Below, in pieces: positions 1 through 12,486 of a stretch of 64,000 nt of DNA. Each line of letters begins with the position of its first letter. Within the stretch, counting starts at the first letter, position 1. Source of the stretch: Bugula neritina (lineage: Eukaryota; Animalia; Bryozoa); the NCBI GenBank assembly GCA_964035545.1, contig OZ037773.1, positions 277,751-341,750 of the forward strand, written 5' to 3'. The notes below the pieces were generated by a model. The model was not told the DNA's origin and did no database searches. It was given only the letters and a program-made list of their open reading frames with translations. The position numbers and the translations under genes were made by a program.

Positions 1-2
1 TA

Positions 3-221
3 ACAAGGAATGTTGCTGTTACCGTAGCAACAAGTGAAGATGAGATATTCTATGAACCTGGAATAACCCAAGACAACATTTGCTACTACTACGATGGCAT
101 ATTGAACCAGAAGTACACAGTAATCAGGTGCAACAGGCCAGTGTATGGCCGATATGTGCAAATACAGCTGCTAGTTAATGATCCCCTTCACTTGTTTGAG
201 GTGGAGGTGCATGTGAGATAA
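3..221 (+). CDS. 3' end of an F-type lectin (fucolectin/FTP, F5/8-like) domain protein; gene starts before the window
   Basis: Frame from nt 3 reads TRNVAVTVATSEDEIFYEPGITQDNICYYYDGILNQKYTVIRCNRPVYGRYVQIQLLVNDPLHLFEVEVHVR*. The C..GRYV.I..L.L.EVEV pattern is typical of the FTP domain end. TAA at 219-221, AATAAA near 566. Confidence 0.7.
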   Translation, partial: TRNVAVTVATSEDEIFYEPGITQDNICYYYDGILNQKYTVIRCNRPVYGRYVQIQLLVNDPLHLFEVEVHVR

Positions 222-634
222 CTCCTTATCAGATTCAAACAATCACTGCTAGTTGGAATGCAAAGCTAGCAAAAGCATGTAGTGTTTTGTGTAAGAGATG
301 TTGTAACATACTAATTAATAACTCTATTAGTACAAAAAAAAGTAAATCCTTAAAGGACAAAAGCCAATAGTTTTATTATAAGAAATATTAGTGCATTTTG
401 TGTTGAATGTTTCTGTATATTTGTGTAGGTGTGCAAATATAAACAAATGAAATTGACACAGCGTAGCGTAACGTAACATCCTATATGCAGTGCTTCAATA
501 GTATTTCTATTATATTCGAACAATGAATTTTGTTTATATTAGTGATCTATGTTTTAATTTGAGGCAATAAAATCAAATCATTTAAAATAGTAACATATTC
601 ATAACGCATAAATCAAAATATAACTTTGGAATTG

Positions 635-833
635 CCACTAAACACTCCTACACTACCCATAGCCACTAAACACTCCTACACTACCCATAGCCACTAAACA
701 CTCCTACACTACCCATAGCCACTAAACACTCCTACACTACTCATAGCCACTAAACACTCCTACACTACCCATAGCCACTAAACACTCCTACACTACTCAT
801 AGCCACTAAACACTCCTCCACTACTCATAGCCA
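635..833. repeat. 28-bp minisatellite (gccactaaacactcctacactacccata), about 7 copies, in the GTF3A 3' region
   Basis: Direct tandem copies visible at 28-nt spacing. Confidence 0.95.
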
Positions 834-851
834 CAGCTGGTAAGACTATTA

Positions 852-1505
852 TTAGTGATCTGAACTGCTATTCTGTAAATTCGGTAGAGTGGGCGGAGTC
901 AACATACCAGAGGAAGATGTGGCTGCACAAAATACATGTGAAGTAGTGTTACAGGTGGGTAGATTGAGGTGAACAGTTGCCTGGAAAGTTGGAATAGTAT
1001 CGGGTGGAGCAATATTTATGTTGGGTGGAGATTCATTTAAGGTGGGCGGAACTACGTTGGTGGGTGGGGCTTCTTTGGTGGGTGGAGATGCATTGGCTGT
1101 AGCTGCAGTTACATCTTCCCCAGTCACTAGAGCAACAGATGGAGAGTTTATGATGGCCCCAGACACACATGCAGCAGGTAGAGGCTGAGCTGCTCCACAG
1201 TCAGAAGGGAGGATAACTCCTGCTAACCTATTGATTACAGGCACCTTGCGATGTGCTTTGGCTGGATATTGCTTCTTGGTCTACAATAATATAGTATGGC
1301 TGCTGAACTGATTAATTCCAATGCTGAAGTACCGGACATCTAGTATCAACATTTACCAATACTACTACCGCTGCTGCTACTACTACTACTACTCCTATTA
1401 TTACTACTACTACTATTACTACTGCTACTACTACTACTACTACTATTACTACTACTACTACTATTACTACTACTACTACTACTACTACTACCACTACTAC
1501 TACTG

Positions 1506-1539
<34 letters not shown>

Positions 1540-1609
1540 CACTACTACCACCACCACTACTACTACCACCACCACTACTACTACCACCACCACTACTACT
1601 ACCACCACC

Positions 1610-1641
<32 letters not shown>

Positions 1642-4600
1642 CACTACTACTAGTACTACTACCACCACCACTACTACTACCACCACCACTACTATCACTA
1701 CTACTACTACTATTACCGCTACTACTACTAATAGTCTAATACTACTACTACCAATACCATTATTACCAATACTACTCATATCAATATTACTTTTATCAAT
1801 ACTGATCTTATAACCCTACCGTTGCAGCCTGGGTACTGTGAAACTTGACATGTCTGTTCAGGTTAACCTGAAAAATAAATTTAAAATCACATCACTCTGC
1901 CCTACAGCAGACAACAGGAGAATAATTTGTTAACTAATATCCTGAACACAACGAGAACCATGAGTAGTACAGTACATACAGGTGTCACTACACAGACAGG
2001 TGTCACTATACAGACAGGTGTCACTACACACTACACAGACAGGTGTCACTATACAGACAGGTGTCACTACACAGACAGGTGTCACTACACAGACAGGTGT
2101 CACTACACAGACAAGTGTCACTACACAGACAGGTGTCACTACACAGACAGGTGTCACTATACAGACAGGTGTCACTATACAGACAGGTGTCACTATACAC
2201 ACAGGTGTCACTATACAGACAGGTGTCACTACACAGACAGGTGTCACTATACAGACAGGTGTCACTATACAGACAGGTGTCACTACACAGACAGGTGTCA
2301 CTATACAGACAGGTGTCACTACACAGACAGGTGTCACTATACCGACAAGTGTCACTACACAGACAGGTGTCACTACACACTACACAGACAGGTGTCACTA
2401 CACACTACACAGACAGGTGTCACTACACAGACAGGTGTCACTACACACTACACAGACAGGTGTCACTACACAGACAGGTGTCACTACACAGACAGGTGTC
2501 ACTACACACTATACAGACAGGTGTCACTATACACACAGGTGTCACTACACAGACAGGTGTCACTATACCGACAAGTGTCACTACACAGACAGGTGTCACT
2601 ACACACTACACAGACAGGTGTCACTACACACTACACAGACAGGTGTCACTACACACTACACAGACAGGTGTCACTACACAGACAGGTGTCACTACACACT
2701 ACACAGACAGGTGTCACTACACACTACACAGACAGGTGTCACTACACACTACACAGACAGGTGTCACTACACACTACACAGACAGGTGTCACTACACACT
2801 ATACAGACAGGCGTCACTACACAGACAAGTGTCACTATACCGACAAGTGTCACTACACAGACAGGTGTCACTACACACTACACAGACAGGTGTCACTACA
2901 CACTACACAGACAGGTGTCACTACACAGACAGGTGTCACTACACACTACACAGACAGGTGTCACTACACACTACACAGACAGGTGTCACTACACAGACAG
3001 GTGTCACTACACACTACACAGACAGGTGTCACTATACAGACAGGCGTCACTATACAGACAGGTGTCACTATACCGACAAGTGTCACTACACAGACAGGTG
3101 TCACTACACACTACACAGACAGGTGTCACTACACACTACACAGACAGGTGTCACTACACAGACAGGTGTCACTACACACTACACAGACAGGTGTCACTAC
3201 ACACTACACAGACAGGTGTCACTACACAGACAGGTGTCACTACACACTACACAGACAGGTGTCACTACACACTACACAGACAGGTGTCACTACACACTAC
3301 ACAGACAGGTGTCACTACACACTACACAGACAGGTGTCACTACACACTATACAGACAGGCGTCACTATACAGACAGGTGTCACTACACAGACAAGTGTCA
3401 CTACACACTACACAGACAGGTGTCACTACACACTACACAGACAGGTGTCACTACACACTACACAGACAGGTGTCACTACACACTACACAGACAGGTGTCA
3501 CTACACACTATACAGACAGGCGTCACTATACAGACAGGTGTCACTACACAGACAAGTGTCACTACACAGACAGGTGTCACTATACAGACAGGTGTCACTA
3601 TACAGACAGGTGTCACTATACAGACAGGTGTCATGATACTTGTTATTGGTACACAGTATGCCAAAAATTTAATTAATCTGTACTAGTTGGTACGTTCTCC
3701 ATGCATTAACAATAAGGATGAATTAGACTTTAGACGTATTATAACTAACAAACAATTCCATGTCATAAAAACAATGAATTTGAATGAATGAAAATTCCAT
3801 CATTTGATATAAGGTTCACTCTAAATAACCAGTAAGCTACGTCAACTATAAACTACAAATCACAACAAGTATCCCAGAATGCCCTGCTTACCAGATGTGG
3901 GAAGGTAGCTGGACATTGGTCACACTTGTACGGCAGCTCCCCGTGATGTTGAGCTTTGATGTGTTTACGTAAAGTAGCCACTCTGTCATAAGATTTGGAG
4001 CAGCCTTGGTGAATGCAAGTGTACATTTCCTTGAGAGAGGCGTGCGTCAGCTCATGTCGGTGGAGGTCACAAGGTCGTTTAAAGGTCTTTGAACATGATG
4101 AACAGCTATGGACTGCAACAGAACATCCAACTGTTTAATCAAGTAAGTTTCTTAGGCTAATGAGGAATGAGCTCAAGTAACTCAAACCTGCGAGTCACAA
4201 GCATAGTCAAAGTGAAAACACAGAAATGTGAAAACAATACAGAGAAATTGGAGAGCATTGTCTGGTTACTTTTCTTATGTTGTGAAGCAACGTGTGCTCG
4301 GACATCTGTCCACTTGCTAAACTTCTGGTCACACTCCTTGCAGGTATAGCCTTCGTGGGACTTCAAGTGACGCTTCAACCTACTGCTGAAAGTGAAGGTC
4401 TGGTTACATCCCTCAAATGTGCAGCTGTAATATGCAGAACCAAGACTAATATAGAATACTTAGTGAAGGCAAAGAACAAAATAGGTTTTAAAGGATTGCT
4501 CTATCTTGTCTAATAAATGGCCATTTAGGTCAAACACACATAATATTGTGTTTTTTCAAGCATGCATTGACAAAAAGCATTTGACCAAAGGTAGAAAAAG

Positions 4601-7600
4601 TTAGTTGAAGTTGAGGGTGTAGATTGGTAACAGCCAAAACGCCGATTTTGAAATGAGCTGGGAAATGTGACGTAACAGCGCCAGCATTCCTGCTGGTCAC
4701 GTGACTATACAAATGAATAACTATAGAAATATGACTGTGAGATGTGATCTTTCAGCTCGTAATTTGTATATTTATAGAAGTGCAAATGTGAATTATCTCA
4801 ATCTATAGTTTTTTGACATGTTAAATAACATGTATGTGATAACATTAGGCCATATTTTGCTTGAAAACATTAGAAAAAAGCATTGCAAAAACATGCATCC
4901 TTTAGGATGAATGCCTGCGATCGATCTAAACTAGGTCAGATTGTGCAATATTACGGGCACACCAAAGCTGTAACTGCTTGAGCGTTATTGGTTGATGCTG
5001 TGCTCAGCAACCTTGAATACTAGCGTTATAGTTAGCACGTGCAGCATGGTTACTGGCGTTCACACGTCAGGTATTAGGCTATTCTTTTTCATGGCTGAAA
5101 ATTTTACCTCCCTCAAAATTGGAATTTTGAAAAGCTGTTTTCTAGGCACATATCCCTTTGCAAAGTCACAATTGTTTGCATACACATTAGATTATAGTTC
5201 ATAATTATAATGTGATTGTAATAAACTAAGATTGAGCAATCCTTTAAACTCAACAAAGATGGACACAGACACATCTTCTAATAGTGAAACATAATTTATT
5301 ATGCCATAGTAATACCATACCATAGACTAATATATTACAACACACCATTAATATAGTACAACACACTACCAATATATTACAACACACTACCTATATATTA
5401 CAACACACTACCAATATATTACAACACACTACCAATATACTACAACACACTACCAATATATTACAACACACTACCAATATACTACAACACACTACCAATA
5501 TATTACAACACAGCACTGATATAGTACAACACACTACCAATATATTACAACACAGCACTGATATAGTACAACACACTACCAATATATTACAACACAACAC
5601 TGATATAGTACAACACACTACCAATATAGTACAACACACTACCAATATATTACAACACACTACCAATATATTACAACACAGCACTGATATAGTACAACAC
5701 ACTACCAATATATTACAACACAGCACTGATATAGTACAACACACTACCAATATATTACAACACAACACTGATATAGTACAACACACTACCAATATATTAC
5801 AACACAACACTGATATAGTACAACACACTACCAATATATTACAACACAACACTGATATAGTACAACACACTACCAATATATTACAACACAGCACTGATAT
5901 AGTACAACACACTACCAATATATTACAACACAACACTGATATAGTACAACACACTACCAATATATTACAACACAGCACTGATATAGTACAACACACTACC
6001 AATATATTACAACACAACACTGATATAGTACAACACACTACCAATATATTACAACACAGCACTGATAGAGTACAACACACTACCAATATATTACAACACA
6101 ACACTGATATAGTACAACACACTACCAATATATTACAACACAGCACTGATAGAGTACAACACACTACCAATATATTACAACACAACACTGATATAGTACA
6201 ACACACTACCAATATATTACCCTTGTAATAATTCACTACGCCATATCACTGACCCGAATATCCAAGAATATTGAAACCTCACCGAAAAGTAGCTCTCTTT
6301 TCATGAACCATGACTTTATGATTGTACAAATTAGATCTCCTTCTAAAAGACTTCCCACAACCTTCTTCTGTACACTAAAGTAAATGGTGATAGTTAGCTA
6401 ACATCAGAACTTAATTTCATTTACTAAAACAAACTAGATAAAAATATAGTTGAAACAGTAACCCCTGCCTTATATTTGTGTTCACTAAAGCTACATGGTG
6501 TATTAGAGCTGCGCTGGTTAGTTAGGTTTGCATCTTCACCAGAGTTATTGCGTGCAGAACCATTCTGACCAGAGACACTGCAAGCACCACTTGTAATAAG
6601 AGATATGCCGGACACCTGGTGTACTAAGCCATGGTCAGTTGGGGTGGAAGGTAGCTCTCCCGGTGTCCCTGTAAGATGGAACCAGGAGAAAACCCTCATA
6701 AAAGAATAGTGTATAACAGCCAAACTGAAAGATACTAGACATACGCTAATAATTTAACACCTACTTTTATTACAGTTAAGTAAAGACAAATGGATTTCAG
6801 TTGAAAAGTAATCAGAATTATAGAGAATCTAAAAGTTGTTTGGGAGAATTAAGTTTTGTGGGATGATCAAAATATAATTGAGTCATCTGGGGAGAGAGGG
6901 AGGCCATTCAGTTAGCTGAAACAGAAAACTGGTCATTATACATAGATCTCCAATAAAGGTGTCTTTACCTTACTTCTATACTATTTAAATGTTTAATTCA
7001 AACACCAAGTAAACCACTAGCGGTTTCTTCAATCAGGACAAAACATTCATCAAAAATACTGTAAACAAGTCCAGTTCTAGTTTCTACAACCTGTTTTGAC
7101 TAATTTTAGAACAAATTGTCATTTTTATGTCAGCAAGATTTTCCTCCCTAACTAAACAACATTATCAAAATATTTCATCCAATCAAATTATTTCTTTGTC
7201 TCCGAATTTCGCATGCAAAAGACTCGTCTGAGTAGATGAAAAACAACTAGAAAATCAGGTACAGCTTACTGAGAGATATGAAACCTTACTGAGCTACAAT
7301 TGTATAAGGGGTTTCAGTCGCTAGAAATATTCTAGAATAAGCTAACTTTTACATTTAGTATAAACTTATCTCGCCATTACTTAGTCTAAATTATTATTGT
7401 GAAATATCTTCACTGGTGTTCAGAATTATTAATTTTTTTAATTTGCCAATGATATACGGCCTTGTCAATAAGTGCCGAAACAATTTGGTAGACTTTGAAA
7501 TTATCAACTGGTAGTTGTACTTTAGGGATGAAATTTAACTTATCTACAGATTTAGTTTACTTGCACTAATTTAGCTTTTTAGTTATAACAAAAAATAAAA

Positions 7601-10600
7601 TCACAGCCTCAATTATGAGAAAAACATATTTGGATGAGGGTCCTAAAATGTGTCAATATAGAAGTATACAATACATAGACACTTTAAGATTGGTATCAAA
7701 AGTAGTGAACAACCAAAAGGAGTCTCGATTTAAAAACATTTTCGCTGAAACGATATGTTTTAATTGTTAAGCTTCAACTGCATAGAACCAAATTTTTAAC
7801 ACTCTCTTCTTTGGGATTGCTGATACAATTACAGTAATTATTAAAGCATATCACTGAAGCAATAGAGATAGAGTCACAGAGTATAGAAGCAATAGAGATA
7901 GAGTCACAGAGTATAGAAGCAATAGAGATAGAGTCACAGAGTATAGAAGCAATAGAGATAGAGTCACAGAGTATAGATGCAATAGAGATAGAGTCACAGA
8001 GTATAGAAGTAATAGAGATAGAGTCACAGAGTATAGAAGCAGTAGAGATAGAGTCACAGAGTATAGAAGCAATAGAGATAGAGTCACAGAGTATAGAAGC
8101 AATAGAGATAGAGTCACAGAGTATAGAAGCAATAGAGATAGAGTCACAGAGTATAGAAGCAATAGAGATAGAGTCACAGAGTATAGAAGCAATAGAGATA
8201 GAGTGACAGAGTATAGAAGCAATAGAGATAGAGTGACAGAGTATACCATTTATGAGCTGAGCACCACCAGAGGTGACCTTGTGAAAAGTCTTTTGATGTC
8301 TCTTGAGTTTAGTAGACGTAGCATAAGCCTTTGTGCAGTTTTGTATCTCACATTTATATGGTTTCTAAAACAATTGGCGGTGATATATATAAATATGCAA
8401 TCAGATTAGACCACACTTATTTTGTTATCAGACATAAATCAACAAAACACAGCATTGAAATAGTATTTTTTGGTCTCACAGTATCTTAATTAGTTTGTAT
8501 GTTTTGGGATTGACTTATTAACCAGTTGGACTTCAATTTTGAGTATAGCAGTCTTAATCTGAAATCTACAGCAATTAGTAACATATGGTTTTATATAAAT
8601 ATTTAGTCTAAAATTCACTGAATCAGTTATACTCACACTGATGTGTAAACCTATGGTCAAATAATTAGCATTCAGTCCTGTATTCATAGTTTGGAGTACT
8701 ACAGTTGATCACAGCAATACTTATTGAGCTACTGCTTTGTAGTGATAGTTTGGTAATAAAGTTAATGGAACTAATGGATACTTATTATTACATCGAGTGT
8801 AAATGTTATGGCTAGTGTCATTACTGTGACATCTACTGTTATATTATAGCATTATAGGTCAAAAAATTCTTACAGCATTGGCTGTTCAGATTTAAATATT
8901 TGTAGTAATAGTTACAGACTAAACCTGAAAGACATGCATAGTATTATATTAGTCTATTCTCAACAAAGAAATCTCACACAACATTTTCTATAAGCATAAT
9001 GGCCATCAACACATCAAACCATCATTAGATTAAAAACTGGTTGAAAGCTTTAAGGGCATAGTGCCTACTACTATTAGTATAAATATAACTAAAAATGGTT
9101 AATACAAAATAAAATTGACTGTGAAAAATAGAACTGATGCCTAGGTAGTTGTTATAATGTCACATAGAGTTCACATCTTATTAGCTATAATTAGTAGATA
9201 TATGACTTCTATGTGAATCATGCATTTTCTTATTATTGTCATAGTCAGCATCTATATATAATGCTTGTGTAGTTATTGCTAAACAGTCAGTTAGTTGCTA
9301 GATTCCAAAGTGTTATTATCATTTTATATTCATAGTAGTTGTACCAAATAAATCAACATGTAATACATTACAAGTCAGCACCACCCTGTCATACACCACC
9401 AAGCATACCATTATAACAGTAGTACTTTGATACTTACATTCACAATGATATGTAGGACTATGACTTTGTGAGTATGGTATAATCTACGAGCCCATTAAAA
9501 TAAAACAGAAAAAAAGTTTAGTATGTAACTCAGTTAATTGTGATCTAAACTGGACTAGGTGAGTAGAGTTGGGTATTAATAGTAATAAAAACATCAGTTG
9601 CCTTCTACTAGTAATAGCACTAATACTTATTACATAAGTTGTAATAATGCAATAATAGCTGACATAATTTTTGAGCCTAACACTAAAAAGAAATCCCATT
9701 AGTGTTAGTATAGGTATCATTATTTGAAAGAATACGAACACTAATAGTAATACTTTTAACATTATACTGAGAGTTACAATAATACTAAAAGTAGTGCAAA
9801 TAATACTTATATTGTTATTGTTGAAACTTTAATAATTACTATAAGTATAACTATTAATAAAGAGTGTGACTAGAATGGGTGGCCACCCATTTTAGTCACA
9901 CCCATTAAATTTAATAAAATATAACTGCTATGTAATGTAACTAATAGTAATATACCCATAACTATAAAAATAAATATAAAAAATAGCATACGTAATTTAA
10001 TAAATATTTCTAAGTGAAATCTAATCACTTTGATTTAATGCTAAATTCTAATTTAATAGCAAAACTAAATCTAAATGCATTTGTAATAGACTAAACCTAA
10101 TAGTTTTAACATTCAATTATAGTTAAAGTTATAATTGCCAATAATAATAATAATAATAATAATAGTAATAGCCACAGAAGTTAATGTTATAACTTATAAT
10201 TAAGACTTACAGCTAAAATTATAACAATATTAATAATTAATATTAAGACTTACAGCTATAATTATATTTATAATAATATTAATAATTAAGATTCGCAGCT
10301 ATAATTAATAATTATAATAATAATTATTAGCGTTATGCTTATACTTTTAGCTTATTAGTTTTATTAGTCACCTTCGTTTATCAGTTTAACTAGTTATCAT
10401 TTATTACCAAGCAGCAATATGAATATCAATATGAATATTTACTTTTACTTTTACAAATTTACTGATTTACCTCTCCTGTGTGATATCTCAAATGCCATTG
10501 TAATCGACTAGGTCGGTCAAACTTTAGAGAACAGCCTTCAAAGGTACAATAATAGTGATTCTTTTCAGCTCTACTTTTATTTTTTGAAGCCAAAACATCA

Positions 10601-10728
10601 ACTTCGAGTTCAACGCCATGGTCATAATTAATATTATTATAATGATAGTCATTATGATTATTATATTCATTATGAATATGATAACCAGAATGGGACCGGT
10701 GACATTCATTGCTATTTTTAGTGGCCAT
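852..10728 (-). CDS. GTF3A: Transcription factor IIIA (C2H2 zinc-finger protein), 8 coding exons, about 506 aa
   Basis: Exons 10728-10471, 8364-8247, 6668-6469, 6374-6283, 4424-4270, 4112-3892, 1867-1820 and 1280-852 join in frame (1521 nt). TFIIIA-like signatures: LKRHLKSHEGYTCKECDQKFSKWTDVRAHV, CSSCSKTFKRPCDLHRHELTH, CIHQGCSKSYDRVATLRKHIKAQH, and post-finger VINRLAGVILP (resembles vertebrate SLASHLSGYIP). Confidence 0.85.
1360..1780. repeat. (TAC/CAC)n trinucleotide microsatellite in the last GTF3A intron
   Basis: Long tac/cac/tat run; explains the poly-Val and poly-Tyr/His ORFs. Confidence 0.95.
1978..3632. repeat. About 1.65-kb satellite of an 18-bp unit (acagacaggtgtcactac/t) interspersed with a 25-bp variant; intronic
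   Basis: Tandem units visible; source of the HYTDRC/QTGVTT/RQVSLH ORFs. Confidence 0.95.
5325..6220. repeat. 21-bp minisatellite arranged as a 42-bp dimeric higher-order repeat; intronic
   Basis: Alternating caatatattacaacacagcac / tgatatagtacaacacactac units. Confidence 0.95.
7856..8244. repeat. 30-bp minisatellite directly after the GTF3A exon 2 donor
   Basis: gaagcaatagagatagagtcacagagtata, about 13 copies. Confidence 0.95.
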
Positions 10729-11830
10729 GTTTAAACAACGCGTACCCAAATTAGTTTTGGAACAGTAACGTTAAAACAGTAACATTTTAAATAACTTCAA
10801 CATATTATTTCTAGAAACAAACTCATGATCACAAGCAGAAAGTTAGCGAGGAAATGAAAAAGAAATATATTTAACGGGCCTTCGGAATATTGCTCCGTCC
10901 CCCTCACTAACGCTGCGAAAAAGTATTAACTCTCAGGCAACGTGACTGTGTACAGCAGGTTGCGGTTTTCAAGTTAGGTATGGTTGGTCTATAAAACCAT
11001 TCCAATAAAGCGCGCTAGCAAGAAATGATTAGCTTCTGTCAATGCTTGTAAGAGCCAAATTGCACCTCATAATTCATTCATATTATTGCAACATAAATTG
11101 ATATACTGGAAATCTCTATATTGAAAGACAAATGATTTAATGCCCTAAGGCCTAATATTATATTGATTAGGTGTGCTAGTACAGCTATAGGGTAATAGGA
11201 GTACAGGATATTTGCCTCTCTGTATATTGTTATGATTTTCAGATTTAGGGTCGATGTGCCACCAAGAGAGTCTATTTATCACTAGAGAAACTTCACCGAG
11301 TTAAGTCGAGTAGATATCGTTATATTTGAATACAAGAATACATAATAAAATCTAATATACAACAGTAATAATACGCACGTCTATTTAATTTACAGCACTA
11401 TCCTCAACTGAGCTAGTAGCGCAAAGCTGCTACTATTACTCATAAACAGCCTAGCTAATTGGCTAATACATTGTTCCGGGTCAATACGCAACCTTGCCTA
11501 TTGTGTTGCTGGTAGCTCCACGAGCCACCACACTGCCCCCTCCAGCAGAAAGCCCTCTTTCTGATAAAAATATAATTCACATAAAAAAAACGTATACTTC
11601 GTTGTGGAGAGAGAGAACAGTATAAAAGTATATACAAAAAACAAACAACCGATAAAATATACAGGTATATATATAAAACGTGCACAATGTGTAATATGTA
11701 AGAGAAGATCCTATTTACATGTAGAGTACGTGCCACCATAACGGTAGGGAATGCCACAGAGAGGTAGGGGAAGAGTAGTATGGAGTTGGAGATAGACTCA
11801 TGTCAACTGCGGGCCGCACGCTTCATGCGT

Positions 11831-12469
11831 TTAATAGACTCCTTCATAGACGTGTCCTTGATAACACTGCATAGTGCGTTGGTGATGCAGTAGGTAATCA
11901 CTATTGTAACTATATTCTCCGCAGGGGCAGAACGTGGTGATGTAATGCTGCGGCAAGTGCACTTTCAGCCTGCGGTGGGTTGTAAATCGCTGCTGGCAGA
12001 GGTTGCTTTCGCGGTTACCATCACCTCCTTGATGAGTCTTAATCTCTCTCTCTGTGGCAGGGGTAATCCAGTTGGAGGTTGCTTCCAACTGGGGTGGCAG
12101 TTGCCTGGTTGTAGAAGTTGTTGGGGCCGGCTCTGGGTCCCACGCCATCTCTAGAGAAGGCATGCCCGGAGAGACGGGCGCGAGTGTGTCTACAAAAGTA
12201 GAATTATTGTTAGATCGCGGTGGATCTTTACAACATAATTCTAGTGACTGTCGACTGTTTCTAGCCTGAGAGTCACAGCTTTTGGAATGCACTCGAGGAA
12301 CCGATGAATCATGTGTGGACTGACCAAGAACAGTGTCTAGCTCCAGGTCTAACAGACCGTCGGCCATTACAGTGTCCTCATCGTCATTCACATGAAACGT
12401 GGTTCCCAGTAATTCTGATTCAATTTGCTGAATTAGTTCAGAATTTACTGGCATCGAGCTCGTTTCCAT
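11831..12469 (-). CDS. Accessory ORF3 of element A: acidic N-terminus plus C2H2-like zinc-finger module
   Basis: 212-aa ATG-initiated ORF 17 nt after the pol stop. CQQRFTTHRRLKVHLPQHYITTFCPCGEYSYNSDYLLHHQRTMQC is homologous to the C-terminal extension of element B Pol. Confidence 0.7.
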   Translation of the reverse strand: METSSMPVNSELIQQIESELLGTTFHVNDDEDTVMADGLLDLELDTVLGQSTHDSSVPRVHSKSCDSQARNSRQSLELCCKDPPRSNNNSTFVDTLAPVSPGMPSLEMAWDPEPAPTTSTTRQLPPQLEATSNWITPATEREIKTHQGGDGNRESNLCQQRFTTHRRLKVHLPQHYITTFCPCGEYSYNSDYLLHHQRTMQCYQGHVYEGVY

Positions 12470-12486
12470 GAATAGGAATACAAGAC

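Noticed and set aside
1312-1779. Poly-Val and poly-Tyr/His ORFs
   Set aside because: Trinucleotide microsatellite.
1978-3632. CRISPR-like appearance of the tandem arrays here and elsewhere
   Set aside because: No unique spacers and no cas genes; eukaryotic intronic context.
1927-3686. Three ORFs over 540 aa (HYTDRC/QTGVTT/RQVSLH repeats)
   Set aside because: Stop-free translations of an intronic 18/25-bp satellite in all frames.
5391-6236. 281-aa Cys/Val-rich ORF, and similar repeat ORFs at 7851, 49415, 51300, 53582 and 54897
   Set aside because: Minisatellite translations.
9438-9483. Possible extra GTF3A exon (IIPYSQSHSPTYHCE, with a GTAAGT donor)
   Set aside because: No zinc finger, and it breaks frame with exon 8364-8247.
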